DNA from: an uncultured Nitrospiraceae bacterium
GTDB lineage: Bacteria; Nitrospirota; Thermodesulfovibrionia; Thermodesulfovibrionales; Dissulfurispiraceae
NCBI GenBank assembly: GCA_947085205.1
Contig: CAMTVO010000010.1
Coordinates: 32,001-96,000, forward strand
Direction of reading: 5' to 3'
Length of the DNA stretch: 64,000 nucleotides
Positions 8,299 to 18,034 of the stretch are shown one piece after another (position 1 is the first letter of the stretch; every line of letters begins with the position of its first letter). The translations under genes and the position numbers were made by a program. Under the pieces are notes generated by a model. That model did no database searches and was not told the DNA's origin. It saw nothing but the letters and a program-made list of their open reading frames with translations.

Positions 8299-8712
8299 AT
8301 GGCTATTAAAAAATTTGCCTTTATCATCAGGTCGCTCCCCTATAAAACAGAGGCATCAAGGCTTGCGATGACACATGCAATTGCAAGTCAATCGGTTGAA
8401 ATATATTTGGAGGACGGAGACAATGTAGAGCCGGTTGTCTGCTTTATTGGCGATGGCGTATTCAATTGCCTAAAAAACCAGCAGGCAATGAAACACTACG
8501 GTATTACAAGCCTGGAACAACATATAAAGAACAGCCTTCTCCTTGATCTGAATATTATGATATGCAAGGAAGACATCGACAGATTTGGCATCACAGAAGA
8601 TTCCCTCATTATGGATGCAGAGGATATCGGAGGAGAGACAAATGCCCGGATTGTCCCATATAGCGAGATTGCAAAAATAATGGAATCCGTAGATCACCTG
8701 CAGTTTTTTTAA
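8299..8712 (+). CDS. DsrF/TusC-like protein
   Basis: IRSLPY, FIGDGVF..LKNQ, CKEDIDRFGI; GGAGGTG RBS (alternative start 8290). Confidence 0.7.
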   Translation: MAIKKFAFIIRSLPYKTEASRLAMTHAIASQSVEIYLEDGDNVEPVVCFIGDGVFNCLKNQQAMKHYGITSLEQHIKNSLLLDLNIMICKEDIDRFGITEDSLIMDAEDIGGETNARIVPYSEIAKIMESVDHLQFF

Positions 8713-8742
8713 GAACTATACAAGATAAGGAGGATTTAAAAA

Positions 8743-8994
8743 ATGTCAGACTTAAAGTCACAGACGCCAACAGAAACTTTAGATGTATTAGGAAGGGTTT
8801 GTCCCTATCCATTAGTTTTAACAAAAAAGGCCCTTGAAAAGTTACCGAGCGGTTCTATACTTAAAATTATGACCGATGCTCCTGCATCAGCGGAGGATTC
8901 AATACCAAGGTTTGCTGAAAAGCAGGGCTGCGAGATTGAATCAGTAAAACTCGAGGACAAAGGCTATTGGGAGATTTACTTAAAGAAAAAATAA
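8743..8994 (+). CDS. tusA: Sulfur carrier protein TusA family
   Basis: LDVLGRVCPYP motif. Confidence 0.9.
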   Translation: MSDLKSQTPTETLDVLGRVCPYPLVLTKKALEKLPSGSILKIMTDAPASAEDSIPRFAEKQGCEIESVKLEDKGYWEIYLKKK

Positions 8995-9004
8995 TCGAGC
9001 AGAT

Positions 9005-9041
9005 AAAAAAAGGCGCTGAGTTTTTCTCAGCGCCTTTTTTT
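9005..9041. terminator. Bidirectional intrinsic terminator
   Basis: aaaaaaaggcgctgag-ttttt-ctcagcgccttttttt between convergent tusA and ferredoxin. Confidence 0.85.
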
Positions 9042-9050
9042 ATGAATCTT

Positions 9051-9236
9051 TTAAATCTCAGTTATCGTAATTGCATTAGGTGCGCAGACCTGCAAACATG
9101 TCTCACAAAAAACACATTCAGATGACTGATACGGATCAGACTTTCCGTCAACCATTCTAAATACTTCTTGCGGACATTGATTGACACACTCTTCGCATCC
9201 TTCACACTTAGCTGTATCCACTGTCACAATGTACAT
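9051..9236 (-). CDS. 2[4Fe-4S] ferredoxin
   Basis: CEGCEECVNQCP and CVFCETCLQVCA. Confidence 0.9.
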   Translation of the reverse strand: MYIVTVDTAKCEGCEECVNQCPQEVFRMVDGKSDPYQSSECVFCETCLQVCAPNAITITEI

Positions 9237-9283
9237 CTTCTAATCACCTCCCTAATAATTTCATCTACTTAAGTCTATAATCA

Positions 9284-9601
9284 TTACTTCTGAGGAACTA
9301 TCTTTTTAGCCCCTACATAATCATGACACCTGTTACAGAACTTATCAATTTCCATGTGACAGCCGAGACACTCCTCCATTTTCATCTTACCAGCACTCAG
9401 TTTGTCCATATGGGTGGCTACCCATTCCCTTGTTGGTTTATGGTAATCAGGAGCAGGTAATCCTTCCATTACCTCAAGTGCAAGTGGCCCTTTCCCTTTT
9501 ACCGCAGGTTTTTCAATCTTTTGACATGCAACAGAAAACAGGACAACGAGGACTAACAGTGCAACAAAAGCTTTGAACCTTAAACCTTGAACTTTAAACA
9601 T
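9284..9601 (-). CDS. Diheme cytochrome c lipoprotein, DsrJ-like (short)
   Basis: Lipobox SVAC, HM motif, CLGCH and FCNRCHDY; directly after dsrK. Confidence 0.7.
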   Translation of the reverse strand: MFKVQGLRFKAFVALLVLVVLFSVACQKIEKPAVKGKGPLALEVMEGLPAPDYHKPTREWVATHMDKLSAGKMKMEECLGCHMEIDKFCNRCHDYVGAKKIVPQK

Positions 9602-9602
9602 A

Positions 9603-11156
9603 TTATACCCCCTCTTTTGCGCCAAGTACTATTGCCCTGCCTACTAACTGATGTATCCCTCCGACCTCTTCCATCGGATAGCCATAAGTTGGGAACATCT
9701 TGCTCATTTGCGCCTTGCAAATTGCACAGATAAGGGCAAGGAAGTTTACATCGTGGCTGTCCTTTACTGCCTTTACTGCCTGCATCCTCGGCATGGCTCC
9801 CTTCACCCTTATTGGCAGCATATCATCACCGAGGAGCCCCTGCCCTGCACCACAACAGAATGTCTTTTCTTTGATTGTATTTTCAGGCATGTCAACATAC
9901 TTATTAACACACGCCTTTATTACTGCCCTCGGTATCTCGTATTGTCCGTGTGCTGAACCTCCCATCTCCATTCCCCTCGCAACCTGACAGGAGTCATGGA
10001 AGGTTACGGTAAACGCATCATTTGCAGACTTATCAAGCTTCAAAGCGCCTTTATTTATAAGGTCAAGTGTAAATTCGCATATATGTTGAGGTATCGGGTG
10101 CTTCGGGTCAAGAAAGTCAAATGGTCCCCATAATGTGTTACTGTATGAGGACAGCACCCTCCACATATGACCACACTCACCACCTACAACCCTTTTAACA
10201 CCTAACTCCCTCGCTGCATCCCATATCCTCTTGTTGATAATTTTTACATGGTTGTAGTTGCTTGAAAATAATCCGAAGTTTCCACCCTCTGATGCATATG
10301 TGCTCATTGTCCAACTGATGCCTGCCTGGTGAAAGACCTTTGCATACCCGTAGAGGGATTCAATATGGGGCGATGCGAAAAAGTCTGCTGAAGGTGTCAC
10401 AAAAAGCACTTCTGCACCCTTTACATCCAGCGGGATCTTTATATCCATTCCTGTCTGGTCTTTCAAATCACTCTCTACAAATTCAATGGAATTTCTCACA
10501 GCATCAGGAATCATACCGAGATTGTTTCCTATATACTGAGCCTTATCAATAATCTCGTGCATATACTTCTGGACCAGTCCAACGCTGTTGAGGATCTCCC
10601 TTGCAGCCATTGTAATCTCTGCTGTATCTATTCCGTAAGGGCAAAAGACAGAGCAGCGTCTGCATTCAGAACACTGATAGAAATAGATATACCATAATGC
10701 AAGCAGCTCTTCACTTAACTCTTCAGCAGCGCCGAGAGACTTGCCAAATACTTTGCCCGGGGTTGTGAAGTATCTCCTGTAAACCCTCCTCATCAACTCT
10801 GCCCTTGCAACAGGCATATTGAGGGCGTCTTTGGTCCCGAGGAAGAAATGGCACTTGTCTGCGCATGCGCCGCATCTCACGCATATATCCATGAAGAGCT
10901 TCACAGACCTGTATTTCCGTAATATTTCATCGAATTTCTCAAGGAACTTTGTCTTCCAGTCAGGGATGAGTCCTTCTATTGGATAGCCAAGCCTCTGCAG
11001 GGCATCTTTATTTTTAAAGAGCTGTGATGTGTACTTTCTGGATGCAAACTCTTCTATCTTTGGAGTTTCTACCATTCCTGTAAGATCAGGCACTTCGTAT
11101 TTTATCTTTTCCCATTTAATTAACTCTTCCACATTCTTCTCTACTTCTGTCCCCAT
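9603..11156 (-). CDS. dsrK: DsrK, heterodisulfide reductase-like Fe-S subunit
   Basis: CVRCGACADKCH, CSECRRCSVFCP, GECGH, TFHDSC, CCG, CAIC. Start chosen by GGAGG RBS. Confidence 0.92.
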   Translation of the reverse strand: MGTEVEKNVEELIKWEKIKYEVPDLTGMVETPKIEEFASRKYTSQLFKNKDALQRLGYPIEGLIPDWKTKFLEKFDEILRKYRSVKLFMDICVRCGACADKCHFFLGTKDALNMPVARAELMRRVYRRYFTTPGKVFGKSLGAAEELSEELLALWYIYFYQCSECRRCSVFCPYGIDTAEITMAAREILNSVGLVQKYMHEIIDKAQYIGNNLGMIPDAVRNSIEFVESDLKDQTGMDIKIPLDVKGAEVLFVTPSADFFASPHIESLYGYAKVFHQAGISWTMSTYASEGGNFGLFSSNYNHVKIINKRIWDAARELGVKRVVGGECGHMWRVLSSYSNTLWGPFDFLDPKHPIPQHICEFTLDLINKGALKLDKSANDAFTVTFHDSCQVARGMEMGGSAHGQYEIPRAVIKACVNKYVDMPENTIKEKTFCCGAGQGLLGDDMLPIRVKGAMPRMQAVKAVKDSHDVNFLALICAICKAQMSKMFPTYGYPMEEVGGIHQLVGRAIVLGAKEGV

Positions 11157-11959
11157 TTTTCCCTCCATTGCTCCATTGACCATGGTTTGTAGGCATCAGG
11201 TTTTCCTTCAGCCTCTGCCAGTCTTTTACCCCACTCCTCATCTGCCCATGGATTGATATGTCTCTTTGTCCTCGGGTTGTTGACCATTGCCCTTGTTGGT
11301 GTTATGAAAACACCTCCGGCATGCATCAGCTTACTAAACGGAAAGAGGAAAATCAAAAGCAACACCATTATAAGATGCAGAATAAACATGCCGTCCAGAG
11401 AGTCAGGCAAGGGTATGGGACTTAATGCCATTAAATGAAGCATAAAGTCCTTTATGTCTACAATAATAGGCCTTGCGACATATTTCATTATCAGTCCTGT
11501 TGTTCCGATTGCAATTATCAGTGCAGGATAAAGGTAATCCATAAAATTTGAAATATATCTTACTCTGTCAATAGCAAGTCTTCTTAACAGGAGATAGAGC
11601 AGTGAAAGAACCAGCGTGAATCCTGCATAAATTCCGATCTCTGAGAAAAACATAACCCATTCTGGAACAGGATAAAAGAAGTAGCGGAGATGCCTCAGAA
11701 TAACAATCAGGAATGAAAGATGAAAAATGTATCCACCAAGCCAGAGGCCTTTGTCCGCAGCAAAGAGACTCCGGAAAAGAACAACCTCGCTCAACACCCT
11801 CAGCGCTGTCCCCCCCTGTGTTACAGGAGCAGGTCCTGTCGGGATTTTAAGAGGATTTGGAGAGGCAAGCCATCTTGCAAAATGGCCAACAAAACCAATT
11901 ATGAAAATACATGTTACGGCATATACCAAAACTGCAAAAATAATTCTATCTGTTCCCAT
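11141..11959 (-). CDS. dsrM: DsrM, membrane b-type cytochrome (NarI-like)
   Basis: LFRSLF, FH, RHLRYF, FPFSKLMHAGGVF, NPW. Confidence 0.92.
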   Translation of the reverse strand: MGTDRIIFAVLVYAVTCIFIIGFVGHFARWLASPNPLKIPTGPAPVTQGGTALRVLSEVVLFRSLFAADKGLWLGGYIFHLSFLIVILRHLRYFFYPVPEWVMFFSEIGIYAGFTLVLSLLYLLLRRLAIDRVRYISNFMDYLYPALIIAIGTTGLIMKYVARPIIVDIKDFMLHLMALSPIPLPDSLDGMFILHLIMVLLLIFLFPFSKLMHAGGVFITPTRAMVNNPRTKRHINPWADEEWGKRLAEAEGKPDAYKPWSMEQWREKWGQK

Positions 11960-11973
11960 ATGCTCCCCTCTCT

Positions 11974-12016
11974 AAAACAAAGGCAATGCCTTTATAAAAG
12001 CCATTGCCTTTGTTTT
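11974..12016 (-). terminator. Hairpin/terminator after dsrC
   Basis: aaaacaaaggcaatg ... cattgcctttgtttt. Confidence 0.7.
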
Positions 12017-12041
12017 TAAATTGTTATCGGCTTTTCTGGGT

Positions 12042-12377
12042 TTACACGCAGCCTGTTGGCTTTGGCAGCCCTGCATATCTACATGCCTGTTTTGCAGGTC
12101 CATCTGGGAAGAGCTCGTAAAGGTACTTTGTATTGCCCTTCTCAGGTCCCATTATCTTGGCGATCTCCTTCACGAGGATCTTTATCATTGGGGCAATCTG
12201 ATATTTCTGATAGTAATCCCTCAGGAAGTTTATAACCTCCCAGTGGCCTTCTGTTAGCGTTAAACCATCCTGTTTTGCCATCTGCTCACCGAGATCCTTT
12301 GTCCAGTCGTCAAGGTTTACAAGATACCCGTCCTCGTCCACCTCGATTTGTTTCTCCTGAAAATCAACTGTTGGCAT
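12042..12377 (-). CDS. dsrC: DsrC sulfur carrier
   Basis: VDEDGYL; C-terminal ACRYAGLPKPTGCV with both conserved Cys. Confidence 0.95.
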   Translation of the reverse strand: MPTVDFQEKQIEVDEDGYLVNLDDWTKDLGEQMAKQDGLTLTEGHWEVINFLRDYYQKYQIAPMIKILVKEIAKIMGPEKGNTKYLYELFPDGPAKQACRYAGLPKPTGCV

Positions 12378-12414
12378 TGTGCTACCTCCTTTCTCTGTTT
12401 TAATTTTGTTGAAG

Positions 12415-12444
12415 ATTATACTACTATCGATGGTTTTTATTCAA
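12415..12444 (-). promoter_or_regulatory. sigma70-type promoter for dsrC
   Basis: TTGAAT-18-TATAAT on the minus strand, 38 nt upstream of the start. Confidence 0.55.
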
Positions 12445-12521
12445 AACAAAAGTGGTAAGAAAATAATATAGACTTATAAGCCAGGTCAAATAAAATAATA
12501 TTATATATATATTTGCTATTT

Positions 12522-13616
12522 TTATTTATTCTGTTGAGTAACTATCTTATTTATTGCTTCTTTAACTATTTCGCTAACCGTTTTCTTTATCAGCTCTCCA
12601 TCATGATAAAAATTTATTGTGCTGGCATCGTTTACAAGGCTGCTTATATCCTCCGAAAGGATCTTCTCTCCAAGGATTCCGACAACCCATGCGGCATGTC
12701 CCCTGACAGAAGGATTGCTGTCCTTTATCATTAGCTGCAAATCTTTTAATATAAATTTAACAAGGTCCGGCCTAACAGCAGCTATCCGCCCCATTGCCCA
12801 TATTACGCCCGCCCTGAACATCTCTTCATCACGGAAAGACCATACTATGGGAATAATGTCGCTGAATTCATCCGGATCGCTTCTGATAATCTCCCCAAGC
12901 ATATCTGCGGCGCTCCATCCGATGCCTCCCGACTCCTCGCGCATAGACCACAAAAGTCTCCTGATTGTGTCCCTTATCACGTCTCTCCTGTCTCTTGACA
13001 ACTCTCCTGCTACTATTCCTATTGCCTCTATTGCCCTCCAGCTTATGACATCTTCCTTATCGTATGCCAGAGAAATGAGACGCCTCATTACGCCTTTATC
13101 CATTTTTGCAATCTCTGTGATTGCATTGTATGAGCTGGTTTCCAAAAAATTCCTGATCCTGCCCTTCAAGTCTCGCTTTTCTGGCATCCACTCTTCCTCT
13201 GTATTATTTTGATTCTTATTTTCGTTTTTGTCATTGCGAGCAGAAGGCGAAGCAATCTTGAAATTATTGGATTGCTGCGGCATATCATGCTCCTTGAGTT
13301 TAACAAAAACAAGCTTTCCCCTTGCTTCACCGCCCATTCCGGTCGAATAAAGCCTCATATGGTTTTTTAAATCATAACCCATATCCTGAGTCTGATAGTC
13401 CGCTTCTTCTCCGATGAGGTTTATATCCCAGTCTCCCTTTGCCATTGCAAGGGCTTCCATGTAAGCCTCTCCTGCATTATGCCCTGTCGGGTCGCAGACA
13501 TAAACAGCACCGCAGTCGCATTTCCCGCTCAGCACTTCACCAAACTCCGTCCTCGTTTCCTCTGGACGGGCAATATAACGTCCGCAAAACGGGCATTCAG
13601 ACGGATATTTATTCAT
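12522..13616 (-). CDS. Cys-rich N-domain + HEAT-repeat (DVU0298-like) protein
   Basis: CPFC..CDC..C N-terminus; WRAIEAIG, RRLLWSMREESGGIGW; HEAT repeats. Confidence 0.7.
   Translation of the reverse strand: MNKYPSECPFCGRYIARPEETRTEFGEVLSGKCDCGAVYVCDPTGHNAGEAYMEALAMAKGDWDINLIGEEADYQTQDMGYDLKNHMRLYSTGMGGEARGKLVFVKLKEHDMPQQSNNFKIASPSARNDKNENKNQNNTEEEWMPEKRDLKGRIRNFLETSSYNAITEIAKMDKGVMRRLISLAYDKEDVISWRAIEAIGIVAGELSRDRRDVIRDTIRRLLWSMREESGGIGWSAADMLGEIIRSDPDEFSDIIPIVWSFRDEEMFRAGVIWAMGRIAAVRPDLVKFILKDLQLMIKDSNPSVRGHAAWVVGILGEKILSEDISSLVNDASTINFYHDGELIKKTVSEIVKEAINKIVTQQNK
13230..13258. repeat. REP-like palindromic unit inserted in frame in an interdomain linker
   Basis: gtcattgcgagcagaaggcgaagcaatct (attgc...gcaat stem), encoding KIASPSARND. 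Confidence 0.55.
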
Positions 13617-13683
13617 AGCTCATAGTTCATAATTCATGGTTTATAGTCCTTGCTATCAGCTACAAGCCATGAGTTGCGAGCTA
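13613..13683. repeat. Heptamer hairpin spanning the dsrN stop and the next start codon
   Basis: ttcatag ctcatag ttcataa ttcatgg tttatag ... ctatcag ctacaag ccatgag ttgcgag cta. Confidence 0.75.
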
Positions 13684-15148
13684 ATTTATACTCCTTTGCG
13701 TTTCTTATAAGTCCTTCGACCCATTCCCTTGTGCCGAGGGCGTGAATATGCGTGTACGTGGCAAGGACATTTTTATAACATATGCCGTCCATTTTATCTT
13801 TTATACCATGGCCCCTCTTCATTCTGAATGCTGAGTATACCCCCCCTAATCCCCCCCTTAATAAGGGGGGATTAGGGGGGGTGAAAGAATTCTCCACAAC
13901 AGCCGAATAATGGAATTCATGTCCGTGCAGCAAAGTCCCTACAGGATAAAATGGGTTTTCTTTCTCCACCTCAACAATTGTATATCCGTGCGCCTGAGGC
14001 TTATTTTTCATTTCAAAAGTTATTGGAAAGATGTCCACCATCGGATATTTTTTGCCTTCGACTATAATGGAGTTTCCCAGAAACATCAGTCCTCCGCACT
14101 CCGCGTAGATCGGAAGGCCGTTTTCTGCCGAGTTTTTCAAAGAACTTCTGAATTCAGCATTCTCTGCAAGCCTTATGGCATTGGTCTCAGGAAAGCCTCC
14201 GCCGATGTAGAGGGCATCAATATCCGGCAGATGTTTATCTTCAAGTGCATTGATTTTGACAATCTCCGCACCGTTTCTCTGGAGTTCTTCGATGTTTTCA
14301 GGATAATAGAATTGAAATGCGGAATCTCTTATAACACCGATTCTAATTTTATCCGAAACGGTGAATGGGTGATACGGTGAATCGGTGAATGAATGAACGG
14401 ACATGTCTTCTCCATTTCTCCATTTCTCCGTTTCTCCGTTTCTCACATAAAGTAGTTCAGCTTCCTTTGCGATATTTATTATCCCATCAATATCTATATA
14501 TTTCTTCGCAATCTCCCCCACAAATGATATCGCATTCTCCATATCGCGGTGCTCTTGATACGGCGTCAGGCCCATGTGGCGTTCAGGGAACTCTCCTTCC
14601 TTCAATCTCGGCATTGCACCGAGAACAGGCATTGAACAATATTTCTCAACAGAGGCACGCACTACTGATTCGTGCCTGCTTCCTGATACCTGATTCAGAA
14701 CAACTCCTTTTATTCTGACATCTTTATCGAGATTCATACAGCCCAGAACAACTGCTGCAGCAGTTCTTGTCATCTTTGTGCAGTCAATTACGAGTATCAC
14801 AGGCGATTTTAAAAGTTTTGCAAGCTCTGCAGTGCTGTAAGAGCCTTCCGTATCCATGCCATCATAAAGCCCCCTGTTGCCCTCTATAACCGCAATATCG
14901 CCTTTAAAATGCGATATAAAGGAATCCCTTACCTTTTCTTTCGATATGAGAAATGGGTCGAGGTTATAGCATGGATTCGCTGCTGCAACAGACATCCAGC
15001 CTGCGTCTATAAAATCCGGCCCTTTTTTAAAGGGGATAACCTTGAAGCCTTTCTGAGACCTGAATGCGGCAATAATTCCGAGAGAGAGGGTCGTCTTTCC
15101 GCTTCCGCCTCTAATTCCGGCAATAGTCAAACGGGGATAATTATTCAT
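13634..15148 (-). CDS. dsrN: DsrN, siroheme amidase (cobyrinate diamide synthase family)
   Basis: GGSGKT, FKKGPDFID, EGNRGLYDG, ERHMGL, GGGFPE, AECGG, GHEFHYS; follows dsrD. Start 15148 or 15154. Confidence 0.9.
   Translation of the reverse strand: MNNYPRLTIAGIRGGSGKTTLSLGIIAAFRSQKGFKVIPFKKGPDFIDAGWMSVAAANPCYNLDPFLISKEKVRDSFISHFKGDIAVIEGNRGLYDGMDTEGSYSTAELAKLLKSPVILVIDCTKMTRTAAAVVLGCMNLDKDVRIKGVVLNQVSGSRHESVVRASVEKYCSMPVLGAMPRLKEGEFPERHMGLTPYQEHRDMENAISFVGEIAKKYIDIDGIINIAKEAELLYVRNGETEKWRNGEDMSVHSFTDSPYHPFTVSDKIRIGVIRDSAFQFYYPENIEELQRNGAEIVKINALEDKHLPDIDALYIGGGFPETNAIRLAENAEFRSSLKNSAENGLPIYAECGGLMFLGNSIIVEGKKYPMVDIFPITFEMKNKPQAHGYTIVEVEKENPFYPVGTLLHGHEFHYSAVVENSFTPPNPPLLRGGLGGVYSAFRMKRGHGIKDKMDGICYKNVLATYTHIHALGTREWVEGLIRNAKEYKLARNSWLVADSKDYKP
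13839..13882. repeat. Near-perfect 44-bp palindrome in frame in dsrN
   Basis: ACCCCCCCTAATCCCCCCCTTA-A-TAAGGGGGGATTAGGGGGGGT, encoding TPPNPPLLRGGLGG. Confidence 0.85.
14357..14446. repeat. In-frame octamer hairpin in dsrN
   Basis: aacggtga atgggtga tacggtga atcggtga ... ttctccat ttctccat ttctccgt ttctccgt. Confidence 0.85.
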
Positions 15149-15217
15149 GGACATTTATTATACCTTCCGCCCAAACTTTTGTCATTCCATTGTAAACGAG
15201 AAAAATTGCATAAAACT

Positions 15218-15341
15218 GGCTCTTTCTCATTTCAAGTGAATAAATATCCCCTCCCCCGGTTTTATCTGTTCTTTTTCGGAATCATCCTTTATTGCACATA
15301 ATTACAACAAATACTGTACCCACAGAAATGCCGGAAGAACC
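15218..15341. mobile_element. Second MITE-like element of the 1105-1322 family
   Basis: Left end GGCTCTTTCTCATTTCAAGTG is identical to the reverse complement of 1302-1322. Right end reads GGTTCTTCCGGCATTTCTGTGGG on the minus strand. Confidence 0.6.
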
Positions 15342-15346
15342 AAACA

Positions 15347-15384
15347 AAAAGGCAGTCCGCCACCCTCTAAGTGGACTGCCTTTT
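15347..15384 (-). terminator. Intrinsic terminator after dsrD
   Basis: aaaaggcagtcc...ggactgcctttt with T-run on the minus strand. Confidence 0.7.
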
Positions 15385-15408
15385 GAAAACTAAGAATACT
15401 AAAATTTA

Positions 15409-15624
15409 TTACTTTGGTGGAATCTCTACGAAACTGCCGCCAAAATATGTATATATAAGCTTGCCTTCGTCGACTAAATCCTTTAATGCATCTTTTACCT
15501 CATCCCTTGAAATACCGGCCTCTGCTGAGACTGTCTTCTGGATGTCGCTTGATTTCAGCTTTTTCTTGCCCGTAGACTTCTCTACCAACTCGTAAATCTT
15601 CCTCTTTACTTCTTCCTTTTCCAT
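15409..15624 (-). CDS. dsrD: DsrD
   Basis: 71 aa after dsrB; KKKLK, EVKDALKDLVDEGKLIYTYFGGS. Confidence 0.85.
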   Translation of the reverse strand: MEKEEVKRKIYELVEKSTGKKKLKSSDIQKTVSAEAGISRDEVKDALKDLVDEGKLIYTYFGGSFVEIPPK

Positions 15625-15663
15625 CTCGTACCCCTTTTTAGCAGTTTAGCGGTTAATATTTTT

Positions 15664-15700
15664 CTGCCGGGGGATATGCAATCCGCACATCCCCCGGCAG
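15664..15700. other. GC-rich hairpin between dsrB and dsrD (stabiliser/attenuator?)
   Basis: ctgccgggggat...atcccccggcag 12-bp stem. Confidence 0.55.
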
Positions 15701-15715
15701 CTTCTAACATATATT

Positions 15716-16786
15716 TTACCACTTGAATGTTGCTGCTGTTCTGAAGGTCTCCCTTGCAATGACAAAGTCATCAATATGCTGGAATGTAAACGGTAACCCT
15801 GTAACCTTGAAGAACTTCTCCCAGCCTATCCTCTCAATCCACTCGCCGACCCTCTCATGCTTCTTTGCATCTGCAACATAGGCATCGAGGATATTCTTCA
15901 CTGCTGCGGTGACTTCAGGCCACCTCGGAGGATTGTTCTTGATGAACGGCACCGCGAGCTTGGAGAATTTCGGGTTGCTCCTGAGGTTTCCAACCTTACC
16001 GCCTACCACGATTGCAACACCGTCATACTCGGGGTCGTGTATCTCTATAGGAGGGCAGACAGTAAAACAGTTGCCGCAATACATGCACTTCTCTGCATTG
16101 ATCTTCACGCTCTTCTTTGAAGGCTCAGGGCTGATTGCTCCTGTAGGGCATGATCCAATTGTAGATGGAACCTCACACATGTTCTTAACCTTGTCATGGT
16201 CAATTGTCGGAACCTTCCTGTGGACGGCAACAACGGCAATATCGGAGCAATGAACAGCACCGCACATATTAACGCAGCATGCAACAGCCATCCTGACCTT
16301 GTTAGGCAAAGTCTTTGTAGTAAAATAATCTGCAAAGTCATCCATCAATGCCTTTACAATGCCTGAAGCATCTGTACATGCAGAATGGCAGTGAACCCAT
16401 CCCTGCGTATGGACGATATTGCTTATCATGTTGCCGATACCGCCAACCATGTATTTCTTGTCTTGCAGTTCTTTCTGCAGCGGCTCAAGGTTCTTCTCAT
16501 CAGAGACGAGAAACTCGACATTGTTCCTTGTTGTAAACCTGATATAGCCGCCGCAATATTTCTCGGCAATGGCAGCCATATCCCTGATTGTATCTGTGCT
16601 GAGAAGCCTTGGAGATGCTACCCTTACAGACCAAATTTTATCGCCGCTATTTGCCACATGCACCATAACACCAGGATTAATAATCTCATGATGTTTCCAA
16701 TCTCCATAGTTTTTCTGGATAACCGGCGGCAAAAAGTCCTTATAATGAGGCGGACCTATATCTGTTCTTCTTTGTGGTAATGTCAT
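15716..16786 (-). CDS. dsrB: Dissimilatory sulfite reductase beta subunit
   Basis: [45 protein letters not shown]. Confidence 0.97.
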   Translation of the reverse strand: MTLPQRRTDIGPPHYKDFLPPVIQKNYGDWKHHEIINPGVMVHVANSGDKIWSVRVASPRLLSTDTIRDMAAIAEKYCGGYIRFTTRNNVEFLVSDEKNLEPLQKELQDKKYMVGGIGNMISNIVHTQGWVHCHSACTDASGIVKALMDDFADYFTTKTLPNKVRMAVACCVNMCGAVHCSDIAVVAVHRKVPTIDHDKVKNMCEVPSTIGSCPTGAISPEPSKKSVKINAEKCMYCGNCFTVCPPIEIHDPEYDGVAIVVGGKVGNLRSNPKFSKLAVPFIKNNPPRWPEVTAAVKNILDAYVADAKKHERVGEWIERIGWEKFFKVTGLPFTFQHIDDFVIARETFRTAATFKW

Positions 16787-16817
16787 ATATTCCTCCTTAT
16801 ATTTATAATTTCTCTAT

Positions 16818-18002
16818 TTATTTCTGCAAGTCTGCTTCTGTCCAGAAGAAGAATGGGTCTCTTCTCGGCTCTTTAACCTGCTGAGGAACAGGCTCAACAC
16901 CAATGAACTCAAGGAACTCTCTCATTCCTTTTCTGATGATAAGCTCGCCAATTCTCTCCCTGTTCTTTCCATACTCATCCCAGAACTCCCACATCTTCCT
17001 GATAAGATCTTTGAACTCATCATAGGGCGGCTCCATCTTTATAAATGGAACAATTACCCATGAAAGTGTTGCGCCGATAACAAATGGAGCCTTGCTGCCG
17101 ATGAGAATTGTTGCGCCCTTTTCACCTGTAGGCTTAAGCGCCTTTGTCATTTTTGCAATACAGTGCATACACCTTATACAGTCTGCGTCAGTTATCTTTA
17201 ATTCCTTTCCATCATAGCTCATGCACTTGCTTGGGCACATATTTACGATTTCTTCCTGAATATTCATGCCGCCCTTTGCATAGTTGGCAACCTCAGACTG
17301 ATCAACTGCTATACTGCCTTTCCATGTGCCTATGATTGAGCAGTCTGCACGGGCAATAGATGCGATACAGTCAACTGCGCATCCTGCTGTCTTAAATTTA
17401 AACTTGTAAGGGAATGCAGGCCTGTGCATTTCGTCCTGCCACTCCTGTGTTATGCTGTAATTAATATCGAGAGTGTCGATATTTGACCACTCACACCTTG
17501 CCGGGCCAACGCAGCAGCTTGGTGTTCTCATTGCTGAACCTGAACCACCGAGGTCCCATCCGCGGGATGTAAACTCTGCAAAAATAGGCTCAAGGTTTTC
17601 GCTGTTTGTTCCAAGAAGAATAAGGTCACCTGTAGAGCCATGAAGATTTGTGAGACCGCTTCCATACTTATCCCAAATATCGCACATCTCATTTAAAAAC
17701 TTTGATGTGTAGAAAAACCCTGAGGTGGAATTAATTCTTACAGTATGAAAGTTTGCAACATTAGGGAATTCTTCAGGAAGGGACGAGTATCTTCCTATAA
17801 CACCTGCACCATAACCGCGGACACCGACTATACCGCCGTGTTTCCAGTAACCGCGTTTGTCCCTGTATGACTTTTCAAGCTGGCCAAGCTCGTCGGCAGC
17901 CATATCGCTCTTTGCCGCCGCTTTCTTAATCTCTGTCACGAAGCTTGGAAACGGGCCTTTTTCCAGTTCGTCCAACAGCGGAGTCTCATACTTCTTTGGC
18001 AT
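16818..18002 (-). CDS. dsrA: Dissimilatory sulfite reductase alpha subunit
   Basis: [50 protein letters not shown]. Confidence 0.97.
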   Translation of the reverse strand: MPKKYETPLLDELEKGPFPSFVTEIKKAAAKSDMAADELGQLEKSYRDKRGYWKHGGIVGVRGYGAGVIGRYSSLPEEFPNVANFHTVRINSTSGFFYTSKFLNEMCDIWDKYGSGLTNLHGSTGDLILLGTNSENLEPIFAEFTSRGWDLGGSGSAMRTPSCCVGPARCEWSNIDTLDINYSITQEWQDEMHRPAFPYKFKFKTAGCAVDCIASIARADCSIIGTWKGSIAVDQSEVANYAKGGMNIQEEIVNMCPSKCMSYDGKELKITDADCIRCMHCIAKMTKALKPTGEKGATILIGSKAPFVIGATLSWVIVPFIKMEPPYDEFKDLIRKMWEFWDEYGKNRERIGELIIRKGMREFLEFIGVEPVPQQVKEPRRDPFFFWTEADLQK

Positions 18003-18034
18003 AAAATCCTCCTCTTTATTTAATTTTAAGGCTT

